A stretch of 57,272 nt of DNA from positions 1-57,272 of the IMG/VR virus record IMGVR_UViG_3300030372_004705, one strand, 5' to 3'. The notes beneath the pieces were generated by a model. The model had not been told where the DNA came from. It ran no database searches and saw nothing but the letters and a program-made list of their open reading frames with translations. The translations under genes were made by a program, and so were the position numbers. Below are positions 1 through 9,800 of this stretch, piece after piece (position 1 is the stretch's first letter; each line of letters starts with the position of its first letter). This DNA comes from a virus. Its lineage: Duplodnaviria > Caudoviricetes.

Positions 1-189
1 TCAGTCGAAGGTGGGTCTTCACTATTACAGTCGATTATGGTATTAGACAAAGATCACCAAGGAGGTCAAATAGATTTGGTTTTTTGTAATGCTCCAGCAG
101 CAACTGCTAATCTTGGAGCTCTTGATGGTGCAGTTGATTTAACAGATGATGAAGCAGATGCTTTATTAGGATTTGAGGTTATAGGAACA
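1..189. repeat. Left copy of terminal direct repeat (circular permutation / assembly overlap)
   Basis: Matches 57084-57272 except at positions 78, 81, 118 and 128. Confidence 0.95.
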
Positions 190-357
190 TATATGGATGG
201 AATAGCATGGGAATTATCAAATAAAAAAAATATTGGATTAGTTTTACAAGCTGCTGAAGACAGTACAAGTATTTATGTTGGTGGAGTTATACGAGAAGCT
301 AGCAAAACCTATTCTGCTCCTGGTCTAACATTGAAATTTGGCATTATTAAAGACTAA
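1..357 (+). CDS. 3' part of a ~168-aa virion protein whose gene starts at 56934 and spans the junction; paralog of 1960..2490
   Basis: Frame is continuous across the terminal repeat; C-terminus NIGLVLQA..STSIYVGG..LTLKFGIIKD aligns with NVGIIGKA..SSSLYCYG..ITLRIGVVKN. Confidence 0.85.
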   Translation, partial: SVEGGSSLLQSIMVLDKDHQGGQIDLVFCNAPAATANLGALDGAVDLTDDEADALLGFEVIGTYMDGIAWELSNKKNIGLVLQAAEDSTSIYVGGVIREASKTYSAPGLTLKFGIIKD

Positions 358-1649
358 TGTTTCAAGCACGATCATCGTCGAAAAGAAGTAATATAGGTAC
401 ACTTACCGATAGATGTATTGTTTTAGATGGTGTTGATGATTATATTCAATTAAAAGATGCATTTAATCATGAAGATCATTCAGTAGTAATGTGGGTTAAA
501 TTTAATGGAACTAGCGGTGATCAAGTTCTTTTTGACAATAGAGATGGAAATGATGATGGCATGTGTATTAAAATTAACAGTGATGAAAAAGTAGTATATC
601 AATTAAATGATCAAGATGTTACATCTAGTGGTAATGCCGCTTATGTATCTAGTGGAGTTCTTCAAACTGGAGTATGGCATCACATTATATGTTCATTTTC
701 AGGAGCATTCATGTATATATGGTGCAATGCTTCAGTAATTGGAATGCTGTCTACAGGTACCGATGCAGATATATCTGTTGATTCAACTTCTTATGCTACT
801 TTAGGTAAAAATAGACTTGCAGATAATAGTTATTTTAACGGTTCTATTTCAGAGATAGCAGTATATAATGTTGGTGTACCACCTGGTGTTGTTCAAGATT
901 TATATAATAGTAGAGACCCAGTTAATCATAATGAACTTACAATATCTGATCGTTTACAAGGATGGTATACATTTGGAAATTCTGATGGAGATGATGCAGG
1001 AACTAGTAATGTACGTGGATTAATAAAAGATAATACTTGGGAATATCGTATTAATGGACCTGAGTTATATACATTATCTAATGCTGCTGCAATAGGATCT
1101 CAAGCAAATGCTACAACAGGTTGGGTGATTAGCAGTGGTCATACTGTTATAACAACCGATTCTGCGTCTAAAATTTCATATGGGACTCGTGCGTTAAAAA
1201 TAATATTTGGAGTCGGTGGCAGTGGAACTTGCAGTACTGCTTTTCCTGCAACTGTAGGTAAAATTTACAGAATACAATATTTAAACAGGGCAGCATCTTG
1301 GAATGATTATGGAGATTCTATTAGTGATGTTCATTTACAAGTAGGAAATGCAGCAGGTAATGGGGGATCTTTTAATGAAGGATTATTTACCGATATTGAT
1401 AGTGGTAAATTTTATACAATGGCTCAACTTGAATCATCTACTATATTGCCTATTGTATTTTATTGTAGAATAGTAGCAGTCGATGGATCTGGGGATGCTC
1501 ATTTTACAATTAATCATGTTGGATCTAATGGCTCTGGAACATTCTGGATAGGAGGATTTAGTGTTACCGAAATGACAGGCCGATCAGGAGAAATAATAAA
1601 TCGTACTACTAGTGGATTTGCAGTTGATCCACCAGATTCACCTAATTAA
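357..1649 (+). CDS. LamG/concanavalin A-like lectin-domain virion (receptor-binding) protein
   Basis: LDGVDDYI, SVVMWVK, WHHIICS, FNGSISEIAVYN motifs typical of LamG domains; carbohydrate-binding-module-like C-terminal part. Confidence 0.8.
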   Translation: MFQARSSSKRSNIGTLTDRCIVLDGVDDYIQLKDAFNHEDHSVVMWVKFNGTSGDQVLFDNRDGNDDGMCIKINSDEKVVYQLNDQDVTSSGNAAYVSSGVLQTGVWHHIICSFSGAFMYIWCNASVIGMLSTGTDADISVDSTSYATLGKNRLADNSYFNGSISEIAVYNVGVPPGVVQDLYNSRDPVNHNELTISDRLQGWYTFGNSDGDDAGTSNVRGLIKDNTWEYRINGPELYTLSNAAAIGSQANATTGWVISSGHTVITTDSASKISYGTRALKIIFGVGGSGTCSTAFPATVGKIYRIQYLNRAASWNDYGDSISDVHLQVGNAAGNGGSFNEGLFTDIDSGKFYTMAQLESSTILPIVFYCRIVAVDGSGDAHFTINHVGSNGSGTFWIGGFSVTEMTGRSGEIINRTTSGFAVDPPDSPN

Positions 1650-1657
1650 GGAATACT

Positions 1658-1945
1658 ATGTTTGAAGATGTAAAATATGCAATAATGAATGTATCAGATT
1701 TAACAGAAGATATAATAGCATGTTGTCATGAAAACTCAATAGACACATTGCGTAAAAATAAAGATGGGTCTAAAGCATTAATAAAATGGAGTGGAAATTT
1801 TCCAACATATGAAGATACTCCTAAAACTATAACTGTAGATGGTCAAAATTACGAAATAGAAGCTGTAAGCAACCCTTTAGAGGGTGTTACGCAATACACA
1901 TATAATGAAATATTGGAGGTATTAAAAGATGATGATTGGAATTAG
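1658..1945 (+). CDS. Small hypothetical protein associated with the LamG tail genes (possible fibre chaperone)
   Basis: 95-aa ORF with AAGGA SD; TLRKNKDGSKALIKW and YTYNEILEVL..DW motifs; position. Confidence 0.65.
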   Translation: MFEDVKYAIMNVSDLTEDIIACCHENSIDTLRKNKDGSKALIKWSGNFPTYEDTPKTITVDGQNYEIEAVSNPLEGVTQYTYNEILEVLKDDDWN

Positions 1946-1959
1946 AATGGAGGTTTATT

Positions 1960-2490
1960 ATGGCTAGAACACTTGCTCATAAATATACAGCAACTGAAAA
2001 AGTCAATAGAATGGAAGTAGATTTAATAGATATTGAAGCTACATTAACTGCTGATGGGACTGATGCTGCTTTAATGTTTGATACTACTGAAATACCTTAT
2101 GCTGTTGCTAGTAAAGGTGGAGCATGTATGATACATTCTGTAGTAGCAGTGTTAGGTGATCATGCTACTGATGGAAGTGGAGATGCTGCTAATTTAACAG
2201 AAGGATTTAGAATTGTGTTTACATCTGATTCAACTGCTATAGGCTCTACAGGTGATTTAATTGGAGCTGATGAATCTACAAGAGCGGTATTAAATGGTGT
2301 TTGTGGTTTTATAGATTTGGGAAATGTTATAGATCATGGAAAATTAGCAGTAACATCTGTAAGTAATGTTGGTATAATAGGAAAAGCAAAAGCTAATTCA
2401 AGTAGTTTATATTGCTATGGTATTACACAATCTTCTAATGATTATAATAGTGCAAAGATAACTTTAAGAATTGGAGTTGTAAAAAACTAA
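1960..2490 (+). CDS. Virion protein, paralog of the junction-spanning gene
   Basis: GGAGG SD before ATG 1960; HKYTATEKVNRMEVDLI vs HNYSVQEKLNKMDVDLI. Confidence 0.8.
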   Translation: MARTLAHKYTATEKVNRMEVDLIDIEATLTADGTDAALMFDTTEIPYAVASKGGACMIHSVVAVLGDHATDGSGDAANLTEGFRIVFTSDSTAIGSTGDLIGADESTRAVLNGVCGFIDLGNVIDHGKLAVTSVSNVGIIGKAKANSSSLYCYGITQSSNDYNSAKITLRIGVVKN

Positions 2491-3869
2491 TGTTTCCTCA
2501 TCAATATATTACTGGTATTTCTACTCCTAAAATTACGTATGAACAAGGTGATGATACTTTATATATGTCTGCTCATATGAATGGCATAAATGAATTTATA
2601 GATGTATATAACCCCGAGTTGGTTAAAATAGACAATGATGAAGGCTTTATGGTTGATGGTTATGATGTATCAGACGGTTGGTGGCAACATAATCATCCTA
2701 GTCTAGATACAGCATTTCATTGGCGATACTTTTGGTATAAACCCACAGCATTAAGCAATGCAAATGAGGATGATAAAGTTATATTTCATAATGGATTAAG
2801 TGGAAATGATGCTTTTAAAATATATATAGCAGATGGTGAGACTGATCTAAAAATTTTCCTGGGTGCTGGTGGTGCAACTAATAAAGAATGGGTTGTTACT
2901 GGAGCTGGTGAACTCAATGTTTGGCATTATATAGCATTGTGGGTACAGCCAATGACTACTTCTTATCCTGGGGAAGTATCTATGTCTATTTATCATCATA
3001 GGGATAGAGTGCATGGTCCCTTCACTAATGCTGATGGAACAAGTTCATTTGTCACTGATCATTATACTGCTAATAACACTGATGATCATATTACGATTGG
3101 GGCTTATAGAGTAGGTGTAAATGGAACACCAGGGAATTTTTTTGTAGGAGAAATTTCTGATTGTGTATGTGTAGCAAGACAATATTATATGAGATCTAAT
3201 GCGGATAAAGGACAATCATATGATTGGTCTACTGCAAGTAATGGACATTATTCAGATACAAGTGCAGGAGGGTCAGCGAGATTAATTTTATGTCTTCAAA
3301 TGGGAGATTTTACAGCAGGAGGAAGTAGGCGTCATGGAGCTCAAGATGGAGATGATAATTTAGTATTATTTGATGCATCTAAAAGAAAACATGATGATAG
3401 GACTGATAGAGCTGGTGGTAAGTTAGTCTTTGGTAATCACACATCAGGTGATTGGACTTTAAGTAATGGAACATGGGCTGTTTCTAGTTCAATATTACAA
3501 AGAACTGGTGGAACATCAACAAGTTCAGCTACTGCTCAATTTGATGGATTTACACCTGTAGTAGGTAGGTTATATAAAGTAGAATGGTCTTATACGGTAA
3601 GTACAGCATGTGGGGATGTAGCAGATACACTTACTTTTGCTGGTACGACTCTTTCATCTAGTACTACTGTAGCAATACATAAAGGAATTAAGTGGGTTAA
3701 AGCTTCTAATACAAATAAATTAGTATTAACAGCAGCATCAGACTCAGATAGTAGAACTACAATGAATTTAGGAACTATATATATATGGGAATATGATAGG
3801 TATGGTATAATGGTTAATATGACTAAAACAAGTAATCTTAAAAAAACAGGACCAAGAACTTTTAAATAA
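2490..3869 (+). CDS. Second LamG-like virion/receptor-binding protein
   Basis: MNGINEFI, WHYIALW, ITIGA, FVGEISD motifs; TAATG coupling to upstream gene. Confidence 0.7.
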   Translation: MFPHQYITGISTPKITYEQGDDTLYMSAHMNGINEFIDVYNPELVKIDNDEGFMVDGYDVSDGWWQHNHPSLDTAFHWRYFWYKPTALSNANEDDKVIFHNGLSGNDAFKIYIADGETDLKIFLGAGGATNKEWVVTGAGELNVWHYIALWVQPMTTSYPGEVSMSIYHHRDRVHGPFTNADGTSSFVTDHYTANNTDDHITIGAYRVGVNGTPGNFFVGEISDCVCVARQYYMRSNADKGQSYDWSTASNGHYSDTSAGGSARLILCLQMGDFTAGGSRRHGAQDGDDNLVLFDASKRKHDDRTDRAGGKLVFGNHTSGDWTLSNGTWAVSSSILQRTGGTSTSSATAQFDGFTPVVGRLYKVEWSYTVSTACGDVADTLTFAGTTLSSSTTVAIHKGIKWVKASNTNKLVLTAASDSDSRTTMNLGTIYIWEYDRYGIMVNMTKTSNLKKTGPRTFK

Positions 3870-3880
3870 AAGGGGAATAA

Positions 3881-4024
3881 ATGGGAAAGCAATTGACTTT
3901 AGATGAAAGAATATCTAATATTAAAAAGCAACAAAAGGATATTCAAACTCTTTTTACAAAACTTCAAGGAGCATTAGAAGTTCTTGAAGAAATGAAAGAG
4001 GAAGAAAATGAAAAAACAGATTAA
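3881..4024 (+). CDS. 47-aa coiled-coil protein (not in ORF track)
   Basis: AGGGG SD; MGKQLTLDERISNIKKQQKDIQTLFTKLQGALEVLEEMKEEENEKTD. Confidence 0.7.
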   Translation: MGKQLTLDERISNIKKQQKDIQTLFTKLQGALEVLEEMKEEENEKTD

Positions 4025-4454
4025 AGAAATCATTGAGTGGAGTCTAAAAGAAATGGATCTCTATTCAGAAGATGCAGTAGACCTGGTTTACAAAACAGGA
4101 AATGCCGAAACAGGATACAGGCATTTAAAACAGATGGGAGGCGGTCCAGCAATTGGGTTCTGGCAAGTAGAACCTGCAACGCTTATTGACATAATAGATA
4201 ATTACGTGAAATATCGTCCTAAGCTCGAAAAACGCCTCAAATCGCTAGGTTATGATAAAAGGGATATGGAAGTAAGGGTTATGAGTAATATCGCCTTACA
4301 AGCAGCATTTTGTCGCTTAAAGTACAGAAGAGATAAATATCCACTGCCAAAAGCTGGTGATTTAAAAGCCCAAGCTGAATGTTGGAAAAGAGTATATAAT
4401 ACTCATCTTGGGAAAGGAACTGTTAAACATTTTATGGAGGCAAACGATGAATAG
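4008..4454 (+). CDS. Putative lysozyme-superfamily endolysin / transglycosylase
   Basis: E-T-G, GPAIGFWQVEPAT and WKRVYNT.LGKG resemble lysozyme/SLT-fold motifs; near membrane-protein genes. Confidence 0.6.
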   Translation: MKKQIKEIIEWSLKEMDLYSEDAVDLVYKTGNAETGYRHLKQMGGGPAIGFWQVEPATLIDIIDNYVKYRPKLEKRLKSLGYDKRDMEVRVMSNIALQAAFCRLKYRRDKYPLPKAGDLKAQAECWKRVYNTHLGKGTVKHFMEANDE

Positions 4455-5214
4455 TATTGTAAAGACTGCAATAGTAACACCAGATAAGCATTTTCCAATA
4501 CATGATAAAAAAGCTATTAGTGTAGTATGTCAAGCAATCGAGATTGTTAAACCTACTACTTATATAGACTTAGGAGATACTGGAGAATGGGAGTATTTTA
4601 GTACACACTATTGGAAAGGTAGAAATGCTAAACCGATGGAAGATTTAATACCATTATTAGATAAGGATGTAAATGCAGTTAATAAAGGTATGGACATAAT
4701 TGATAAATCTTTAGATAAAGTTAAATGTAAAGAAAGGCATTTTGTTCAAGGAAATCATGAGGTTTGGTTAGATAAATTTGTTACTAGGTATCCTTATTTA
4801 GATCATTATATGACTTATAATGCTTTAAAATTAAAAGAAAGAGGATATGATTATCACCCATATAATAAAAAGGATAATTTAAAAATAGGTAAATTAAACT
4901 TTACGCATGGGAAATTTGTATCAAAATATCACTCATTCAAACATTTAGATGTGTATGGTGAAAGTATTATGTATGGACATACACATGATTTACAAAGGCA
5001 TACTAAAACTAATAGAGGTGGTACAATTAGTGCTTGGAGTTTAGGATGTCTGAAGGATATAGAAGCTGATGAAGATTGGCTTGGTGGTAGATTAACTAAT
5101 TGGAATCACGCATTTGCTATTGTTAATTTTTTTAAAAATGGTAACTTTAATGTTGAAGTGGTAGAAATTATTAACGGGAAAACAACTTTATGGGGGAATC
5201 TCATAAAGGGATAA
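4447..5214 (+). CDS. Calcineurin-like metallophosphoesterase
   Basis: D-x-H (PDKH), LGD, GNHE, HG and GHTH motifs in order; GGAGG SD before ATG 4447. Confidence 0.88.
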   Translation: MNSIVKTAIVTPDKHFPIHDKKAISVVCQAIEIVKPTTYIDLGDTGEWEYFSTHYWKGRNAKPMEDLIPLLDKDVNAVNKGMDIIDKSLDKVKCKERHFVQGNHEVWLDKFVTRYPYLDHYMTYNALKLKERGYDYHPYNKKDNLKIGKLNFTHGKFVSKYHSFKHLDVYGESIMYGHTHDLQRHTKTNRGGTISAWSLGCLKDIEADEDWLGGRLTNWNHAFAIVNFFKNGNFNVEVVEIINGKTTLWGNLIKG

Positions 5215-5226
5215 TTATGGAGAAAC

Positions 5227-5592
5227 ATGGAACAAGAAGTTATAGAGAATTTAATTGGTCAGTATGGCTGGATGGCTATTATAGGCTTCTTTTTCCTAAT
5301 AGGACGTAATACAATAGAGTCTGCAATAGAGGCTATTAAAGTATTTGCAGGAGATGATTTAAATACAGATGATGTAATTATTTTTGATAGTAGACCTGCA
5401 AGAGTAGTAAGAGTAGGACTGTGGAAAACTATCTTATTTGTTTACGAAGTAGGATGTGCTAATGGTAAAGCATATGTTAAAGGAGGAAATAAGGTGGCAA
5501 TACAAAATGATAAACTAAAAGACCATTTAATAGAAAAGCCATTACCAATGCTAGATCTTAAAAAATGGGATGATTGTGAGGATGATAAATGA
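5227..5592 (+). CDS. Membrane protein with MscS-like beta domain
   Basis: N-terminal hydrophobic helix, then LNTDDVIIFDSRPARVVRVGLWKT resembling the MscS middle domain. Confidence 0.5.
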   Translation: MEQEVIENLIGQYGWMAIIGFFFLIGRNTIESAIEAIKVFAGDDLNTDDVIIFDSRPARVVRVGLWKTILFVYEVGCANGKAYVKGGNKVAIQNDKLKDHLIEKPLPMLDLKKWDDCEDDK

Positions 5593-5768
5593 ATGACACG
5601 TTAAAAGTTTTAGGTCAATATCCCGAATTAGGTATTACTAGTAGTGTAGGTTCTGGAATAATACATTGGCTTGGAATATTAAACCCTATATTAAGTTTTA
5701 TATCACTTATTATAGGTATTAGTATAGGATTAATGACAATATATATGAAAATAAAAGGAGGTAAATAA
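5589..5768 (+). CDS. 59-aa holin-like membrane protein (not in ORF track)
   Basis: ATGA and TAATG overlaps with neighbours; hydrophobic ILNPILSFISLIIGISIGLMTIY followed by basic tail. Confidence 0.6.
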   Translation: MNDTLKVLGQYPELGITSSVGSGIIHWLGILNPILSFISLIIGISIGLMTIYMKIKGGK

Positions 5769-6244
5769 TGGCTGATTTAATAGTAACTCATACAGAAAGT
5801 TTAACTTTAAATGGGACTCAGCAAGGTGGAACAAATTCAGTAACTATAGGATCTATAGCAAATGTATTTAAGCGTATTATAACAGTTGCTGCAAGTAACG
5901 ATACCACTTTAGTTTCTTTTCATTCTGACCAACATGATGATGATGGAACTATTGATGTAAATGATGTTAAATACTTAAGAGTAACTAATCTTGCGACAGA
6001 TGCGGCTCATATTTGTAATTTAAATTTACAAATAGAAGCTGGTGAAGATGATAGTGCTGCAGATGAATCTTCAACTATATTATTAGGAGCAGGACATAGT
6101 TTTGTTATGGGAGCTACAGCTGATGCTTTATCAGTAGATGATGATGCAGCTACTCCAGATGTAACTTTACATCATTTAGAAAGTATAATTGCAGATACTG
6201 TGTCTACTGCTGTTCAGTTAGAAGTATTTATAGCAACTGTTTAA
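5768..6244 (+). CDS. Acidic beta-rich hypothetical protein, probably virion
   Basis: GGAGG SD; KYLRVTNL motif, loosely like VYLKNL in 55130..55513. Confidence 0.65.
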   Translation: MADLIVTHTESLTLNGTQQGGTNSVTIGSIANVFKRIITVAASNDTTLVSFHSDQHDDDGTIDVNDVKYLRVTNLATDAAHICNLNLQIEAGEDDSAADESSTILLGAGHSFVMGATADALSVDDDAATPDVTLHHLESIIADTVSTAVQLEVFIATV

Positions 6245-6263
6245 TTAATAAAAGGAGAATATT

Positions 6264-6395
6264 ATGCCTAAAGTTGGTGGAAAAAGTTTTGGCTATTCAA
6301 AAAAAGGTAAAGCCGCAGCTAAAGCTTATGCTAAAAGAACTGGTAAGAGAATAATCAAAGGTAAGAAAACTACGCGAAGGAAGAAAGTATATTAA
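6264..6395 (+). CDS. 43-aa highly basic protein (not in ORF track)
   Basis: AAGGAG SD; MPKVGGKSFGYSKKGKAAAKAYAKRTGKRIIKGKKTTRRKKVY. Confidence 0.75.
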   Translation: MPKVGGKSFGYSKKGKAAAKAYAKRTGKRIIKGKKTTRRKKVY

Positions 6396-6496
6396 TGACT
6401 TCTCAGTTTATAAGTGATATATTATGGTTCGTGTCAGGCTTTTTATTTGTGTTCTTACTGGGAATAAGATTAATTTATAAGGATTTGGAGGAATAA
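6395..6496 (+). CDS. 33-aa single-TM peptide (not in ORF track)
   Basis: TAATG coupling; MTSQFISDILWFVSGFLFVFLLGIRLIYKDLEE fills the gap exactly. Confidence 0.55.
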   Translation: MTSQFISDILWFVSGFLFVFLLGIRLIYKDLEE

Positions 6497-6700
6497 ATGA
6501 TACAAGGAATAGTAGCAAAGAAAATTATTGATTCAATTGTCAAGAAAGTAATGGATAATAGAGAACTTAAAAAAATTAAAAGTCTTGAAAAAAGAGTAAA
6601 GAATTTAGAAAAAGATTCACATCCTCCTCAAGAATATGTGTGTTGCAAGGATTGTGGATGTAAAATATCGAAAATCCAAAATAAAAAAAGGAGAAAATAA
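6497..6700 (+). CDS. Small basic protein with CCxxCxC cluster
   Basis: GGAGG SD; short coiled coil then CCKDCGC. Confidence 0.65.
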   Translation: MIQGIVAKKIIDSIVKKVMDNRELKKIKSLEKRVKNLEKDSHPPQEYVCCKDCGCKISKIQNKKRRK

Positions 6701-6701
6701 C

Positions 6702-6848
6702 ATGATTGAATTATTAACATCAAATTGGGAATATATACTATTAGCTTTATATGTTCTTGAAAAAGGCGTAAAATTAAGTCCTTCTAAAAAAGATGATGTA
6801 ATTTTTGATATGGTTATAAAGCCTATTATTGACAAGATCAAAAAATAA
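6702..6848 (+). CDS. 48-aa holin-like membrane protein
   Basis: AAGGAG SD before ATG 6702; NWEYILLALYVLEKGVKLSPSKKDD. Confidence 0.55.
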   Translation: MIELLTSNWEYILLALYVLEKGVKLSPSKKDDVIFDMVIKPIIDKIKK

Positions 6849-9800
6849 TGCCTAAAGAATCATTAAATATTAATGATTTTTCTGGCGGTTTAAATAAGAT
6901 CGTAGACAAAAGAGACCTTCAGGAAAATGAAATACCTAGAATGAACAATTTTATTGCTCATGATCCAGGTTCATTAAAAGTTGGAGGTTTCTTTACGTCT
7001 AGTTCAACTTACAATACAGGTTTTGGATTTAGTTTTAATGATAATCCAAATACTAATCAAATAACTGCTATAAAGCCTAATCAACCTTTTATCAAATTTG
7101 GGCGAGGAACAGCTACTATTAGTGGTAATTTCGTGACTTTAACATTGGGTGATACTAGTTTATCATTTCCAAGTGCTGTTTTCCCATTTAGAGCAGGGCA
7201 GCAAATTACATTGTATAATATTTATAATGCTACTAATGATGCTGCTGATGGTCATAATTTAGCTCAATATTTAGAAGGTAATACATACACAATTAGCGAT
7301 ATAAATCCAGGGATTATCAAATTCTATATAGAGAAAAATCCATCTGGGAATAATTGGACATGGTCAGGAACTCCAACTTGGAGATTTGTCATTGGGGCTA
7401 AGCTAGGTAGTACTAGTGCAGGATTAACACGAGATAGCATTATCCCTACTACAGGTATCCATAATTATGTTTTAACACATAATGGACATGGTATATTTGG
7501 ATATTATGATCTTAATAATCAAGCATTTGTTGGTGGGTTATCAAAAACTCTTGATCTTGATAATAAGGATCAAAGTTATTTTGATACAAGATATTTATGG
7601 AGATTGGATAATAGAAATAAACATTTAAATGGAGCTGAAACTAGTTTGAATGCTACTGATGGTCTAATATCTACTGGTGAAGTTTTTTATATGGATGGAG
7701 TTGCTAGAGTACAAGAAGATCCACCTACAGTATTTGAAAGAGGTGTTCATAGAAGACCAATGGGATTATATTATATAGAAGGTCATAGAAAATTTGGAAC
7801 TAATGGCCCATATTATCACTCAGGATGGTATCCTGAATTACAACATTGTTTATCTCCTATACAAACAGGATTTGAACAAGAGACTGTTGATAGCAATAGT
7901 ACAACTGCACAAGATGTCTTTCAAGATGCTGGAGGAGAATTACATAATACTGCATTAGTTGAAAGTGATGCAAACGATAAGCCATCTAATGCTCATAAAG
8001 TATTTGTATCTGTTTCTAAAAGTAATAGTCCTGGAGATTGGCAATTTGCTAGTGGGCAAAAACATGCAAGTTTAAGAATTGGTATTTCATTTATTTATGA
8101 TGAAATAACTCATAAAGATGTAGGAACTTTTGCTCAGGAAAGCTCTATTGCTTATGTTACAACTAGTGGCGCGACTAAATACCCTACTACTGGAACTGCA
8201 GGTACAGATTTAGTTGCTATATCTTCTGGAGCTAATGATAAAGCATTAGATTTAAAAATATCAGTAAATTATGGAGAAATGCAGGAAAGTGAATTGACTA
8301 CACAGTTTAGTAATTCACAAAAAGAAGCTATACCTGAAAATAGAGGATCTAACTTAAATAGCGGATATAATAACAACAGGGCTTGGAATCCTAGAATTGT
8401 AGGAGTTAATGTATATTTAGCAGGTGATTATGAAGAAACTTTTGAATCGCCATATTGGTTAGCTACTTTTAGTTTTAGTGATAATGAAACTGGTGGTCAT
8501 TTTGGTCATGATGGAAGTTTTGGACAAGGATGGACTGAAGCAGAGGATCAAACGTGGGCTGTAGCTACAATTAATAATATAGCTGCTGTTCCTGTAATGG
8601 ACTATAGAACTAAAAATGGATATAATCATAATGAACCTATAAATATGTGGTATAAAACTTCTGCAATTGTAAATAGAAAATTATATGCAGGAAATATTAG
8701 TTATTTCAAACATGCTGATCCTCATTACCTAGATACAGTAGTATCTTCTAATAATACTACTTTTAAAGATTATCCTATTACAAATGAACCTGATAAAATT
8801 ATTACCTCACCTGATGCAAATAAATTTGATGTTTTACCTCTAAGTTCAAGTTTACAAATAGCAAAAAATGATGGACAGGATATAGTTAAATTATTAAACT
8901 TTAATAACGAATTACTTGTATTTAAAACAAACGATTTAGTAGTTATTGATTGCTCTGGGGAAGATGAGATAATTAAAGATACATTTACAGGTAAAGGAGT
9001 TTCTACTCAAGGTGCAATTGTTGAATCTGGTTCAGCAATATATTTTATAAATAGAAGTGGCTTATATTCATATGATGGACAAACTATTACGGATTTATCA
9101 ATTAGCAAATTTAAATCGTCTGATTGGGAAAAATATGTTTATAGTTATAATACTAGATTGTTATATGATCCTCAATATAATTTAATTTTAATTGGAACTT
9201 CTTATAATGAAGCATACAACAATACAGGCAATAAAGCATTTAATGAATATACTGAAACATCTTCTCAAGTTTATATATATAATATTAATAATCAATCTTT
9301 TATGTATAAAGATAATATCCAAGGTGTGCATACTTCAGGTAATGGATTTTTAAGTAATGGATTAAATATTAATAGTACTTTATATGCAGGTATATCATAT
9401 AATGATATATACTATGGAGATTCTGCTATTATAGATGAAACTACTTTTGTAGCAGGACAAGCAGCGAAATATACTGCATTTTATTATACAGTGGACACTG
9501 GAGATGGTGATGCTGGAACTCAAATGAATTATAGTGGTGCGGGAACTGAAACAGGTTATCTAAGAGACAATATGGGTTATATTAAAGTATATCAACAAGG
9601 ATCCTCTAAGTGGGTATTATTAAATAAAAATGGAGCTTTATTGCCCTCTGAAGATCAAGTTGATGTTTCAGAGTATGGATCAGCTGGTAGTCCTGGCGCG
9701 GCAATGAATTATAATGCAGTATTAGACCATATTACTGAAAATTGTAATGCAGATCCAAATTCAGATTATGTAGTAGAAGCATTTAGAAGTATGTTTGATT

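Noticed and set aside
1-189. Diversity-generating retroelement TR/VR pair
   Set aside because: Mismatches are not adenine-specific and no reverse transcriptase is encoded
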